64,000 bases of DNA from contig JBJKSD010000019.1 of assembly GCA_046704245.1 (NCBI GenBank), positions 11,708-75,707 on the forward strand, read 5' to 3'. Each line of letters begins with the position of its first letter. The first letter of the stretch is position 1. The position numbers and the translations under genes are program-made. The stretch comes from Bacilli bacterium. GTDB taxonomy: Bacteria; Bacillota_I; Bacilli_A; RF39; UBA660. Of this stretch, positions 17,815 through 27,736 are shown piece by piece. Below the pieces are notes generated by a model. It was not told where the DNA came from, did no database searches, and was given only the letters and a program-made list of their open reading frames with translations.

Positions 17815-19443
17815 ATGTTTGTGAATAATTTATCACTAGCCTTTAACGTGCAACAAATTTTTGATGATGTTAGTTTTTCGATAGATCCTAACGATAAAGT
17901 AGGAATAGTAGGAGTAAATGGCGCTGGTAAAACAACTTTATTTAAAATAATAATGGGCGAGATTATACCAGATCAAGGTCAAGTAAATATACCTAAGCAT
18001 AGTTCTTTAGGATGGTTACCACAAGTTATCGATGATTCTAAAACAAAACAAGATATGACGGTATTAGATTTTTTATTATCAGGTAGACCCATCAAAGAAA
18101 TATTAAAAGAATTAGAAAAGTTATATGAAGAAGTAGCGAAAGTAAACGGTAAAGAACAGAAGAAAATATTAACTAAGATAGGTCGTTTGCAAGATCAATT
18201 TGAACATCTAGGTGGATATAAGGTTGAAAATATTTTATTTGAATTATTAATGGGTATGGATATCGATTACAATCTATTAGATTTAAAATTAAAAAATTTA
18301 AGTGGTGGTCAGAAATCTAAAATAGCGTTTGCTAGACTACTATATTCTAATCCTGACATCTTATTATTAGATGAACCAACTAACCACTTAGATAAAGCTA
18401 GTAAAGATTATATAATTGATTATTTAAAACATTATAAAGGAATGATTTTGGTTATATCTCACGATACAGATTTCTTAAATCAAATTATCAATAAGAGGAT
18501 GTATATTGATAAAATAACTCATAAAATATATACTTATAATGGTAACTATGATTATTTTATTAAATTAAAACAAGAAGAACAAAAGACTCTTGCCAATATG
18601 ATTTCAAAACAAGCCAAAGAAGAAAAAAGATTAAGAGATTTTATTAATTTATATTCTAATTCCTCAGGTAAAAGAAAAAGAATAGCTGAGAGTCGCGAAA
18701 AGATGCTACAAAAATTATTACAAAATAAAATAGAATTTCCTAAAACCTTAAAACAAGTTAAAGTAAAATTACAACCTGAAAAGGAAGGCTCTAATATCCC
18801 CTTAACCTTAAAAAATATTATCTTTAAATATCCAACTAGTGATATCATTATCAATAATCTATCTTTTGAGATATTTAAGAATGAAAAGTTTTTAGTATTA
18901 GGTTTAAATGGTGTCGGTAAATCAACTTTATTTAAGATTATTATGCGTCTTCTTACTCCCAAGTCTGGCGAAGTAATCTATAGTCCTAAAGTAGATATAG
19001 CGTATTATGCTCAAGAACATGAAGGTTTAGATAATAATTTATCGATCTATGATAATGTTAAAAATGATAGATTTACTGAAAAACAAATAAGAGCTATTTT
19101 AGGTAATTTCTTATTTTCCAATAATGATATTTATAAAAAAGTACAAATATTATCGCCAGGTGAAAGAAGTAGGGTAGCTTTAGCTAAAATAGCCATGAGT
19201 GGAGCTAATTTATTATTATTAGATGAACCTACTAACCATTTAGATCCACAAACACAAGTTATTATGGGCGAAACATTTAAAAATTATCAAGGAACAATGT
19301 TAGTAGTATCCCATAATTTAGAATTTGTTGATAAAATAGGAATAGAAAGAATGTTAATCTTACCAGCAGGTAAGATAGCATACTATGATCGTAAGAAAGT
19401 TGAATATTATCAAGAACAAAATAATAAGAAGGTGAATACATGA
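17815..19443 (+). CDS. ABC-F family ATPase (two tandem ABC cassettes, no TMD)
   Basis: Walker A GVNGAGKTT and GLNGVGKST, signature LSGGQK and LSPGER, with an inter-domain linker. The start is placed at the ATG 17815 (SD AGGAAGG) rather than the upstream TTG 17770. Confidence 0.8.
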   Translation: MFVNNLSLAFNVQQIFDDVSFSIDPNDKVGIVGVNGAGKTTLFKIIMGEIIPDQGQVNIPKHSSLGWLPQVIDDSKTKQDMTVLDFLLSGRPIKEILKELEKLYEEVAKVNGKEQKKILTKIGRLQDQFEHLGGYKVENILFELLMGMDIDYNLLDLKLKNLSGGQKSKIAFARLLYSNPDILLLDEPTNHLDKASKDYIIDYLKHYKGMILVISHDTDFLNQIINKRMYIDKITHKIYTYNGNYDYFIKLKQEEQKTLANMISKQAKEEKRLRDFINLYSNSSGKRKRIAESREKMLQKLLQNKIEFPKTLKQVKVKLQPEKEGSNIPLTLKNIIFKYPTSDIIINNLSFEIFKNEKFLVLGLNGVGKSTLFKIIMRLLTPKSGEVIYSPKVDIAYYAQEHEGLDNNLSIYDNVKNDRFTEKQIRAILGNFLFSNNDIYKKVQILSPGERSRVALAKIAMSGANLLLLDEPTNHLDPQTQVIMGETFKNYQGTMLVVSHNLEFVDKIGIERMLILPAGKIAYYDRKKVEYYQEQNNKKVNT

Positions 19444-20306
19444 AATTAGCAAATGAATGGCAAGATTATGAAATATTAGATATGGCTAATGGTGAAAAAT
19501 TAGAAAGATGGAAAGATATTATCTTAGTTAGACCTGATCCACAGGTTATATGGCCTAATAAGGGTTTTAGTGACCTTTGGCATAATATCCATGCTCATTA
19601 TCATCGAAGCCCCTCAGGAGGAGGATCTTGGGAATATTTAAAAGCAGTACCAAATAGTTGGGTAATATCTTATAAGAATTTAAAATTTAATGTTAAACCA
19701 ATGGGATTTAAACATACTGGACTTTTTCCTGAACAAGCCGTTAATTGGGATTTTATGATCGATAAAATAACTAAAGCTAATAGACCAATAAAAGTATTAA
19801 ACTTATTTGCTTATACTGGAGGAGCTACTGTTGCATGTAGTTATGCTGGAGCTACCGTATGTCATGTCGATTCATCTAAAGGGATGAATAATTGGGCGAA
19901 AGAAAATTTAAAACTATCTGGTTTAGAAAATAATCCTGTTCGTTTTATTCAAGATGATGTAATTAAATTTGTTAAAAGAGAAATAAGAAGAGAAAGTAAA
20001 TATGATGCTATTGTTATGGATCCACCTTCTTTTGGTAGAGGAGCTAGTGGAGAAGTATGGAGTATTGAAAAAGATTTAACTAATCTTATTGACTTAAGTA
20101 GTAAACTATTATCAGATAAACCATTATTCTTTATTGTTAATTCTTATACTAAAGGACTATCTCCATATTTAATAGCTAATTTATTAGAACTATATGTAAA
20201 TAATAGATATGAAGGTATTATTACTTCAGGTGAATTAGGAATTCCTATGTCAAATTCAAAATTAATATTACCTTGTGGTATATATAGTAGATGGGAAAGT
20301 AAATAG
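19440..20306 (+). CDS. class I SAM-dependent (rRNA) methyltransferase, RlmI/YwbD-like core
   Basis: LNLFAYTGGATVA (SAM motif I) and IVMDPPSFGRG (motif IV DPP(S/F)), the typical m5C/m2G RNA MTase core. Overlaps the upstream stop (ATGA). Confidence 0.6.
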   Translation: MKLANEWQDYEILDMANGEKLERWKDIILVRPDPQVIWPNKGFSDLWHNIHAHYHRSPSGGGSWEYLKAVPNSWVISYKNLKFNVKPMGFKHTGLFPEQAVNWDFMIDKITKANRPIKVLNLFAYTGGATVACSYAGATVCHVDSSKGMNNWAKENLKLSGLENNPVRFIQDDVIKFVKREIRRESKYDAIVMDPPSFGRGASGEVWSIEKDLTNLIDLSSKLLSDKPLFFIVNSYTKGLSPYLIANLLELYVNNRYEGIITSGELGIPMSNSKLILPCGIYSRWESK

Positions 20307-20332
20307 AGTATTTTTAATACTCTATTTTTGAT
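20300..20332 (+). terminator. Rho-independent terminator (AAATAGAGTATTTTTAATACTCTATTT plus T-run)
   Basis: Inverted repeat after the methyltransferase gene. Confidence 0.5.
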
Positions 20333-20366
20333 ATAATAAAATAAATATAATAGTAGGGAGTAGAAT

Positions 20367-22757
20367 ATGGTTAAATTTTTTAAGAAAAGGGTTATATTAG
20401 TATTGGCATTTATATTTATATTATTAATATTAATAGTAAGTAATTATATAAAATTAGATGCTAAAGTTGTTATTAATAATGGGGAAAAAGTTATTAATTT
20501 TGATGTGACACAGATAAATAAAGAGAGTAAGAAAATAAATATCGCTATCAAAAATACAGGATGGAAGACAGTCAAGATAGAAGATATATTTATAAGTGGT
20601 AAATCATCAGCTAATTTTATTATGAAAAATGTTAAAGATAAAGTAATAAAAAGAGGTAAAAGTATTACTTTAACTATTAATTATAAACCTATAACAATCG
20701 GAACAACTAGTGCATCATTAGTGGTTAAGACTAATATTAATAAAAATAAAAAATATATAATTGATCTAATAGGTACATCGGTTACTAAATTAAGCTATAC
20801 GTTACTAGCTCCTAAAGTACCACTTCCCCCTGTTGCTGTTATAGCGGCCTTTGAAGGAAATAAAATTAGAATAACATGGAATGATGAACCCAATACTCCA
20901 GCAGTTAATAATTACAATCTTTATATAGCAACTACTCCTCACATAACAAAAACTAATTCAATAAAGATTGATAATATTTCAAAACCATATCTTTATTCTA
21001 ACTTTGAAGAGAATAAAACCCTTTATTTTGCTGTTACAGCAGTAAATAATGTTGGTGAAAGTAACCTATCTGAAATAGAAAGCATACGACCAGCACGAGT
21101 ATTTTATATTAGTTCTATCAATGGTAAAGATTCTAATAGCGGATTATCTTCTAAATATCCTTGGAAAAGTTTAAGTAAAGTTAATAGTTATAAATTTCAA
21201 CCAGGTGATTTTATTTTATTTGAAAAAGGGACAAAGTATTATGGTAAATTAGCAATTGAGAGTTCTGGTATAAAAGATAAACCGATCACTATTGGTGCTT
21301 ATGGTGAAGGCGATAGACCATTAATTAGTGGTATTGGTGAGGTGCCTAATGCTCTTAAAGAAGCTAATTGGACTAATGAAGGAAATAATATTTGGTCAAT
21401 ATATTATGGTCCTTGGAAAATAGCCAGAAGAGTTTGGTTATCAGAAAAAGAATATGTCAAGGCTGAGGTATTAAAAGATATGGATGCTACCTATCGCTGG
21501 TTCTTTGATGATACTACTTCTAAATTATATGTTTATGCTCCGAAGAATCCAGCTATAGAATACACTAGTATCAAAGAAAGTAGTGCTACTGAATCAGTAT
21601 CTATGTTACTAAATAATCAAGATTATATTAGTTTAAATGGTGTTGAATTTGAAAATATAGAGATCAATAACGCTGATTATATAACAATTAAAGATTGTAA
21701 AATTGGTAATGGAGCATATATGGGTATTACTATTGTAGGTATGTGGAATTGGAATAAAGAAAATAGTAATAATAAATCAGATTATGGAGTAATAAAAGGA
21801 AGTATTGTCGATTCTAACTACAATTTAACTTACTATTATGAAAAAAGTAATACGGAAGATGGTATTCACATGAGAAATAATGTTAATCATTGGAAAATAT
21901 ATGGAAATGAAGTAAAAAATTGGGGTCACACAGGAATAAGCTTATGGCAAGTGGCTACTAATACTGAGGTATCATTTAATGAGGTTTATGCCAATACTAT
22001 GACCGCGGGTGATATATTATTTGGTAGATCTTTTGAAACTAAAGGTAGACCCGGTGGATGTTCATATAATAAATTTTATAAAAACTATGTTTATAATACT
22101 TATGCTTCTATACAAATAGGTGGTGATTATAATTCAGTATATTATAATATTGTTGATACTGTTAAAAATAGTCCAGTAATCAAATTAAAAGGAGCCAGTG
22201 GCATTGTTCTTACACCAGCTATGGGTACAAATGTAGAATATGTTTCAAATCATAATAAGATCATGAATAATCTTATATATAATGCAGATGTTGCTGGTAT
22301 AGATATGCAAGATTGGCATGGTAAGAGTAGTACTAGATATAATGAAATAATTAATAATATTATTGTTAATTGTGGACATGATGCTGATCGTGAAATGACT
22401 AATGCCGGACTAGCTTTAAGTGATAAATGGTATATTAATGAAGCATCAGCATCAGATCATAATATTATAAGAAATAACTTGATTTATTCTAAAACATCTG
22501 ATGTAGCTATTCATTATCGGGGTGATTTATTAACGGTTGGCCAATTTAATGATAAGAATGGTTCATTTAGTGATATTATAAGAGAAAATTATTTCTATAA
22601 TCCAAAATTAAAGTCTTCTCAATTAGGTAAATTTATAACTACTAAATTATTTATTGTTATTGATAATGGCTTTAAAGATATTGATACTACTGATTTATTA
22701 GGAAATATAGTACCAACTGGTAAAACCGATATTGGTCCTTATGAATTTGGTAGTTAA
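20367..22757 (+). CDS. large cell-surface protein with Ig/FN3-like domains and a right-handed beta-helix (pectate-lyase fold) region
   Basis: 796 aa with an N-terminal signal/TM anchor. It has Asn/Gly-rich periodic beta-helix-like repeats (NNxxxN, IIxNNLIYN) and an FN3-like segment (APKVPLPPVAVIAAFEGNKIRITWND). Confidence 0.5.
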   Translation: MVKFFKKRVILVLAFIFILLILIVSNYIKLDAKVVINNGEKVINFDVTQINKESKKINIAIKNTGWKTVKIEDIFISGKSSANFIMKNVKDKVIKRGKSITLTINYKPITIGTTSASLVVKTNINKNKKYIIDLIGTSVTKLSYTLLAPKVPLPPVAVIAAFEGNKIRITWNDEPNTPAVNNYNLYIATTPHITKTNSIKIDNISKPYLYSNFEENKTLYFAVTAVNNVGESNLSEIESIRPARVFYISSINGKDSNSGLSSKYPWKSLSKVNSYKFQPGDFILFEKGTKYYGKLAIESSGIKDKPITIGAYGEGDRPLISGIGEVPNALKEANWTNEGNNIWSIYYGPWKIARRVWLSEKEYVKAEVLKDMDATYRWFFDDTTSKLYVYAPKNPAIEYTSIKESSATESVSMLLNNQDYISLNGVEFENIEINNADYITIKDCKIGNGAYMGITIVGMWNWNKENSNNKSDYGVIKGSIVDSNYNLTYYYEKSNTEDGIHMRNNVNHWKIYGNEVKNWGHTGISLWQVATNTEVSFNEVYANTMTAGDILFGRSFETKGRPGGCSYNKFYKNYVYNTYASIQIGGDYNSVYYNIVDTVKNSPVIKLKGASGIVLTPAMGTNVEYVSNHNKIMNNLIYNADVAGIDMQDWHGKSSTRYNEIINNIIVNCGHDADREMTNAGLALSDKWYINEASASDHNIIRNNLIYSKTSDVAIHYRGDLLTVGQFNDKNGSFSDIIRENYFYNPKLKSSQLGKFITTKLFIVIDNGFKDIDTTDLLGNIVPTGKTDIGPYEFGS

Positions 22758-22773
22758 TAGTAAGAAGGTAAAT

Positions 22774-23706
22774 ATGGTTACTAAAAAACAAATAATTACG
22801 TATAGTAAACAAATTAATATAGATCTGATAGGATTCACCAATAGTGATATATGTTATCCTCTAATACCTAAATTAGAATTAAGTAAAAGATTAAAATATT
22901 ATTCACCATTTATTAAAGGTAGTATTAAAGAAAGAATAAATCCTAGATTATTGATGGATAATGCTAAAACTATTATTGTAATAGGTATGGCTTATCCTAA
23001 AACATGTGATAGATTAGATAATATAACTAAAGATGAAGTATATTTTGGCAATAGTTCATGGGGCATTGATTATCATATAGTGTTAAAAGAAAAGATGGAA
23101 CAACTATGTAATTATATTAAAACCATAACTAATAATTTAGAATATAAAATATTAGTAGATACATTACCATTAGATGATCGTTATTTAGCATATAAAGCGG
23201 GATTAGGTTTTTATGGTAAACATAACTTGTTAATTAACCTAAAGTATGGTTCTTATTTCTTTATAGGTATAATCTTAACCAATCTAGATATAGAAACAGA
23301 TAAACCATTAACTTTAACTTGTTCTAACTGTAATAAGTGTTTAGATGAATGTCCTACTAAAGCTATTAATGATAAAGGTATTCTAAATAGTAATAAATGT
23401 TTATCTTATCTTACTCAAAAGAAGGGAACATTAACTAAAAATGAAATAAAAGTTATGAATCAATGTATCTATGGCTGTGATATATGTCAAAGAGTATGTC
23501 CATATAATAAAACCATTGATAATCATAACCATAAAGAATTTGAACCCTCAAATATAGAATTTATCAATATCAATGATTATCAATCTTTAACTAATAAAGA
23601 ATTCAAAAATAAATATGGTAAATTATCAGGTTCATGGCGAAGTAGACAGATAATAGAAAGAAATATAAAAATATATAAAGATATTATGAATAATACATTA
23701 AAATAA
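22774..23706 (+). CDS. queG: tRNA epoxyqueuosine(34) reductase QueG
   Basis: Two 4Fe-4S ferredoxin motifs (CSNCNKCLDECP and CIYGCDICQRVCP) plus the conserved QueG core (GLGFYGKHNLLIN). The start is moved to the ATG 22774 behind the SD AGAAGG. The upstream TTG/ATG at 22732 would overlap the previous gene. Confidence 0.7.
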   Translation: MVTKKQIITYSKQINIDLIGFTNSDICYPLIPKLELSKRLKYYSPFIKGSIKERINPRLLMDNAKTIIVIGMAYPKTCDRLDNITKDEVYFGNSSWGIDYHIVLKEKMEQLCNYIKTITNNLEYKILVDTLPLDDRYLAYKAGLGFYGKHNLLINLKYGSYFFIGIILTNLDIETDKPLTLTCSNCNKCLDECPTKAINDKGILNSNKCLSYLTQKKGTLTKNEIKVMNQCIYGCDICQRVCPYNKTIDNHNHKEFEPSNIEFININDYQSLTNKEFKNKYGKLSGSWRSRQIIERNIKIYKDIMNNTLK

Positions 23707-23761
23707 TATTAATATATTTCATTAATATTATTTTTGTGGTAAAATAATTATAGGTGATAAT

Positions 23762-24292
23762 ATGGGAATAAGAGGTAATAAAATAGCAATGAAAAACTAT
23801 ATTATTTATGCTGCTATAGTAATAGTAACAATAGTTCTTTTGTTATATTTTAGAACTTGGTATCGAACATATAAAACTCATCTATTAACTATTCCAGTTA
23901 TAAATGGATATCTATCAGAGGTAAAATATGAAGAATTAGATAATTATATACTAGAGAATCCGGATTTTACTCTTTATATGTGTACTACTGATGAAGATAA
24001 ATGCCGAGACTTTGAAAAAGACTTTAAAAAGACCGTTAAAAAATATAATTTAAAAGATCAAATGATCTATTTAAATCTTAATGATTATGTTAAAAATAAT
24101 AATAAAACATTATTAGATACTAAAATGGGAGTTTCTAAAGTAATGAAACAAGAAACATTTTTTAGTTCTTATCCATCTATCTCTATCTTTAAAGATAAAG
24201 AATTATACGATATCCTAATAATTAATGGTGGGGTAGATATGGATGATGTAATTCAATTCTTAGAAGAACATGAAGTAATATTAGAGCAATAG
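23762..24292 (+). CDS. hypothetical membrane-anchored protein
   Basis: 176 aa with an N-terminal TM helix. Confidence 0.4.
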   Translation: MGIRGNKIAMKNYIIYAAIVIVTIVLLLYFRTWYRTYKTHLLTIPVINGYLSEVKYEELDNYILENPDFTLYMCTTDEDKCRDFEKDFKKTVKKYNLKDQMIYLNLNDYVKNNNKTLLDTKMGVSKVMKQETFFSSYPSISIFKDKELYDILIINGGVDMDDVIQFLEEHEVILEQ

Positions 24293-24354
24293 CTCTAATA
24301 TTTTTAAATATTATTAATAAAGTTGACTATATTAATAAAATAGTATATTATTAT

Positions 24355-24590
24355 ACATAAATAAAGGCGGCGAAATGGCGAGTAATATTAATGATTTAAT
24401 AGAGAGTTCGTGGTTGGTGAAAACGAATAAATAATTAATATGAAAAACACCATGGAGTTATATATTTGAATTAAGTAGGATATATCGGTTAATTACCGTT
24501 ACCAAATAGAGATGTCAGTTCGATAAGAAGGGTGGTACCGCGATTATATTGCCCCTTAATCTAATTGACTTTTTTATTTTTTAGGGAAGA
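24355..24590 (+). promoter_or_regulatory. T-box riboswitch leader upstream of gatCAB-aspS
   Basis: The near-canonical T-box sequence AAGGGTGGTACCGCG is at 24528-24542. An AGAGA element is at 24411-24415, and there is a GNUGA-like GGTGA. A T-run follows at 24568-24582 directly before gatC. Confidence 0.55.
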
Positions 24591-24598
24591 GGGATAAA

Positions 24599-24889
24599 AT
24601 GATTAGTAAAGAAAGTTTAAAAAAATATGCAGCTAGATTAATGTTTGATATGAGTGATGATGAATATGAAACATTACAACAAGAATTTGAGATAATTATT
24701 AAACAGATGGAAAGAATTGAAAAAATTGAGAACATAAAGGAAGTTGAACCATTAATGTTTCCTTTTGTTACTGGAAAAAATAAACAAAGAGAAGATGAAA
24801 TTGGTGAATATTTAACAGTCGATGAAGTTTTAGCTAACTGTAAACACCAAATTGATGATCAAGTTAAAGTACCAAAGGTGGTGGAATAA
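24599..24889 (+). CDS. gatC: Asp-tRNA(Asn)/Glu-tRNA(Gln) amidotransferase subunit C
   Basis: 96-aa protein directly upstream of and overlapping gatA. Typical GatC size and position. Confidence 0.75.
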   Translation: MISKESLKKYAARLMFDMSDDEYETLQQEFEIIIKQMERIEKIENIKEVEPLMFPFVTGKNKQREDEIGEYLTVDEVLANCKHQIDDQVKVPKVVE

Positions 24890-26316
24890 TGATTAAAGAG
24901 TTAAGAGCAAAATTAGATAAAGGAGTAGTTGCTTCTGAACAATTATTTGATGAAGCTATAAAAAAAGCTCATCAATATCAAAATGATTATAATTGTTTTG
25001 TTACGATTATTGATAAATATAAAAATAATGGTAAAGAGAAAACTTTATTAACCGGCATTCCATATTCACTTAAAGATAATTTTTCAACTAGGGGTATTTT
25101 AACTACGGCTTCTTCTAATATATTAAAAGATTATGTACCAGTATACGATGCTACTGTATATAAAAAATTAAAAGAAGCAGGGGCTATCTTAGTTGGTAAA
25201 ACAGTCTTAGATGAATTAGCAATGGGAGGAACTGGTACTACTGGGCATACAGGTATAGTAAGAAACCCTTTTGATAAAGAAAGAATGATTGGGGGATCTT
25301 CTTCGGGAAGTGCTGCTAGTGTAGCGTTGGGTATTGTGCCATTTAGTATTGGATCAGATACTGGAGATTCAGTTAGAAAACCAGCTGCTTTTAGTGGGAC
25401 AGTAGGTTTTAAACCTACTTATGGTAGGATTTCTAGATATGGCTTATTTGCTTTTGCATCTAGTTTAGATCACGTTGGTTGCATTACTAGTTCAGTCGAA
25501 GATGCAGCTATTGTTACTGATATATTAAAAGGTCAAGATCAATATGATATGACTACTTTAGAAGATGATAATAAGCATTATCTTGATAGTATTAATAATG
25601 ATATTAAGGGAAAGAAATTATTCTATATTAAAGAAGCATGTAATTTAAATAGTTATGATAATCCTGATGAAGAATTGATAAAAGTTATTGATAATTTTAA
25701 TAAAGTTATCGATATGTGTAAAAAAATAGGATTTGAAGTAACAGAAGTTTCTATTGATAAAAATATCTTATCAGCTTTATATCCATCTTATATGGCTATC
25801 TCTTGTGCTGAGGTTACTAGTAATAATGCTAACTTAACAGGAATTCAATTTGGGCCTCGTGGTGAAGGAGAAACAGTTGATGAAATAATGTTTACCGCTA
25901 GGACTAAAGGTTTTTCAGAGCTTATTAAAAGAAGATTTGTTTTAGGAAGTTATATTTTACAAAGAGAAAATCAAGAAAAATTATTTTTAAATGCTGGTCG
26001 CATTAGAAGATTAATAGTGAATAAGATGCATGAATTATTTAAAGAGTATGATGGATTAATATTACCATCAGCTAGTGGTATAGCACCTAAACTTAGTGAA
26101 CAATCAGATCGTTTATCTGATAAGTATTTAATCTTAGAAAATCATCTAGTTATAGGTAACTTTGGTGGTTTTCCTAGTATAACTATTCCAAGTGGATTTA
26201 TTAATAAGATGCCTATTGGCATTAATATTACTGGTGAGATATTAAAAGATGATCTTGTTTTAAATATGGCTTATAAGATAGAACAAGGTTTAAAGGAGAT
26301 GAACGATAATGTATAA
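24889..26316 (+). CDS. gatA: amidotransferase subunit A (amidase signature enzyme)
   Basis: Amidase signature GGSSSGSAASVA. 475 aa. Sits in a gatC-gatA-gatB arrangement. Confidence 0.9.
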   Translation: MIKELRAKLDKGVVASEQLFDEAIKKAHQYQNDYNCFVTIIDKYKNNGKEKTLLTGIPYSLKDNFSTRGILTTASSNILKDYVPVYDATVYKKLKEAGAILVGKTVLDELAMGGTGTTGHTGIVRNPFDKERMIGGSSSGSAASVALGIVPFSIGSDTGDSVRKPAAFSGTVGFKPTYGRISRYGLFAFASSLDHVGCITSSVEDAAIVTDILKGQDQYDMTTLEDDNKHYLDSINNDIKGKKLFYIKEACNLNSYDNPDEELIKVIDNFNKVIDMCKKIGFEVTEVSIDKNILSALYPSYMAISCAEVTSNNANLTGIQFGPRGEGETVDEIMFTARTKGFSELIKRRFVLGSYILQRENQEKLFLNAGRIRRLIVNKMHELFKEYDGLILPSASGIAPKLSEQSDRLSDKYLILENHLVIGNFGGFPSITIPSGFINKMPIGINITGEILKDDLVLNMAYKIEQGLKEMNDNV

Positions 26317-27733
26317 AGTAGTTATTGGTTTAGAAGTACACTGTGAATTATCAACTAAATCTAAAAACTTTTCAGCTTCTCCTAATGAATATTCTAATGA
26401 AGCTAATATAAATGTATCTGCTATTGATTTAGGTCTTCCTGGTATTCTTCCCTCTGTTAATAAAGAAGCAAGCCGTAAAGCCCTAAAAACAGCGTTAGCT
26501 TTAAATTGCGAACTACCTAATGAAATAATATTTGATCGTAAGAATTATTTTTATCCAGATCTACCTAAAGGTTATCAAATTACTCAAGTAAAAAAACCAA
26601 TGGGCCGTAATGGTTATCTAACTTTTATTGTCAATGATTATGAAAAAAGAGTCGATATTCATCAATTACATCTAGAAGAAGATACAGCTAGTTTAGAACA
26701 TCGCTCTAGTTATTCATTAATTAATTATAACCGTGCTGGAGTACCATTATTAGAGATAGTAACTGAACCCTGTATAAATTCTGCTGATGAAGCTATCGGT
26801 TTCTTAGAGGCCTTAAGAGATTTATTCCTCTATTGTGAAGTAAGTGAAGCTAGAACTGATAAGGGACAAATGCGTTGTGATGTCAACATATCACTAATGA
26901 AAGAGGATGCTAAAGAATTAGGAACTAAAGTAGAATTAAAGAACATCAATTCTCTTACTAGTGTCAAAGCCGCTATTGATTATGAAATAAAAAGACAAAC
27001 GGAAATATTAGATGATGGCAATAAAGTAATTCAAGAAACTAGAAGAATTGCTGAAGATTTAAAAACTTATCCAATGAGAGAAAAAGTTGATGCTATTGAT
27101 TATAAATACTTTACGGAACCTAATTTACCACCAATAGCTATTACTGATGATTATATAAAAGAAATAAATGATGAAATTCCTATGTTACAATATGAGAGAA
27201 TCCAAAAATATACTAACGAATATGGATTATCTAGATATGATGCTGTTGTCTTAACTAAAGAAAGGGCTATAGCCGAATATTTTGAAGAAGTACTTTTCTA
27301 TATTGATGATCCTAAATTAGTAGCTAATTGGGTAACATCAGTGGTCTTAAGCTCTATTAATAAATTAGAAGTAAATATTAAAGACTTTTTTATCACTCCT
27401 GAAATGTTATCAGGTGTTATGAAATATGTAATGGATGATAAATTATCGTTTATTCATGCTAAAGAAATAATATATGAAGCTTTAAAAAAGAAAATTGATC
27501 CTAACACTATTATTGTAGAAAAAGATATTAGTCAAATAACTGATGAAGAAGAAATATTAAAATATGTTAATGAAATAATAAATGAAAATGATAAACAAGT
27601 ATTAGAATATCTTAATGGTAAAGATTATGTAGCTCATTATTTTGTAGGCCAAGTTATGAAAAAAACCAATAGTCAAGCAAATCCTAAAATAGCATTAAAA
27701 TTAATAAAAGAAGAATTAGAAAAAAGGAGGTAA
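26309..27733 (+). CDS. gatB: amidotransferase subunit B
   Basis: GatB N-terminal motif VIGLEVHCEL, 474 aa, operon position. Confidence 0.9.
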   Translation: MYKVVIGLEVHCELSTKSKNFSASPNEYSNEANINVSAIDLGLPGILPSVNKEASRKALKTALALNCELPNEIIFDRKNYFYPDLPKGYQITQVKKPMGRNGYLTFIVNDYEKRVDIHQLHLEEDTASLEHRSSYSLINYNRAGVPLLEIVTEPCINSADEAIGFLEALRDLFLYCEVSEARTDKGQMRCDVNISLMKEDAKELGTKVELKNINSLTSVKAAIDYEIKRQTEILDDGNKVIQETRRIAEDLKTYPMREKVDAIDYKYFTEPNLPPIAITDDYIKEINDEIPMLQYERIQKYTNEYGLSRYDAVVLTKERAIAEYFEEVLFYIDDPKLVANWVTSVVLSSINKLEVNIKDFFITPEMLSGVMKYVMDDKLSFIHAKEIIYEALKKKIDPNTIIVEKDISQITDEEEILKYVNEIINENDKQVLEYLNGKDYVAHYFVGQVMKKTNSQANPKIALKLIKEELEKRR

Positions 27734-27736
27734 TAT

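Noticed and set aside
18552-18962. 136-aa minus-strand ORF inside the ABC-F gene
   Set aside because: It is antisense to a well-supported, conserved ABC-F coding region.
22732-22773. Upstream start for queG as given in the ORF track
   Set aside because: It would overlap the preceding gene by 26 nt and has no SD. The ATG at 22774 has a good SD (AGAAGG).
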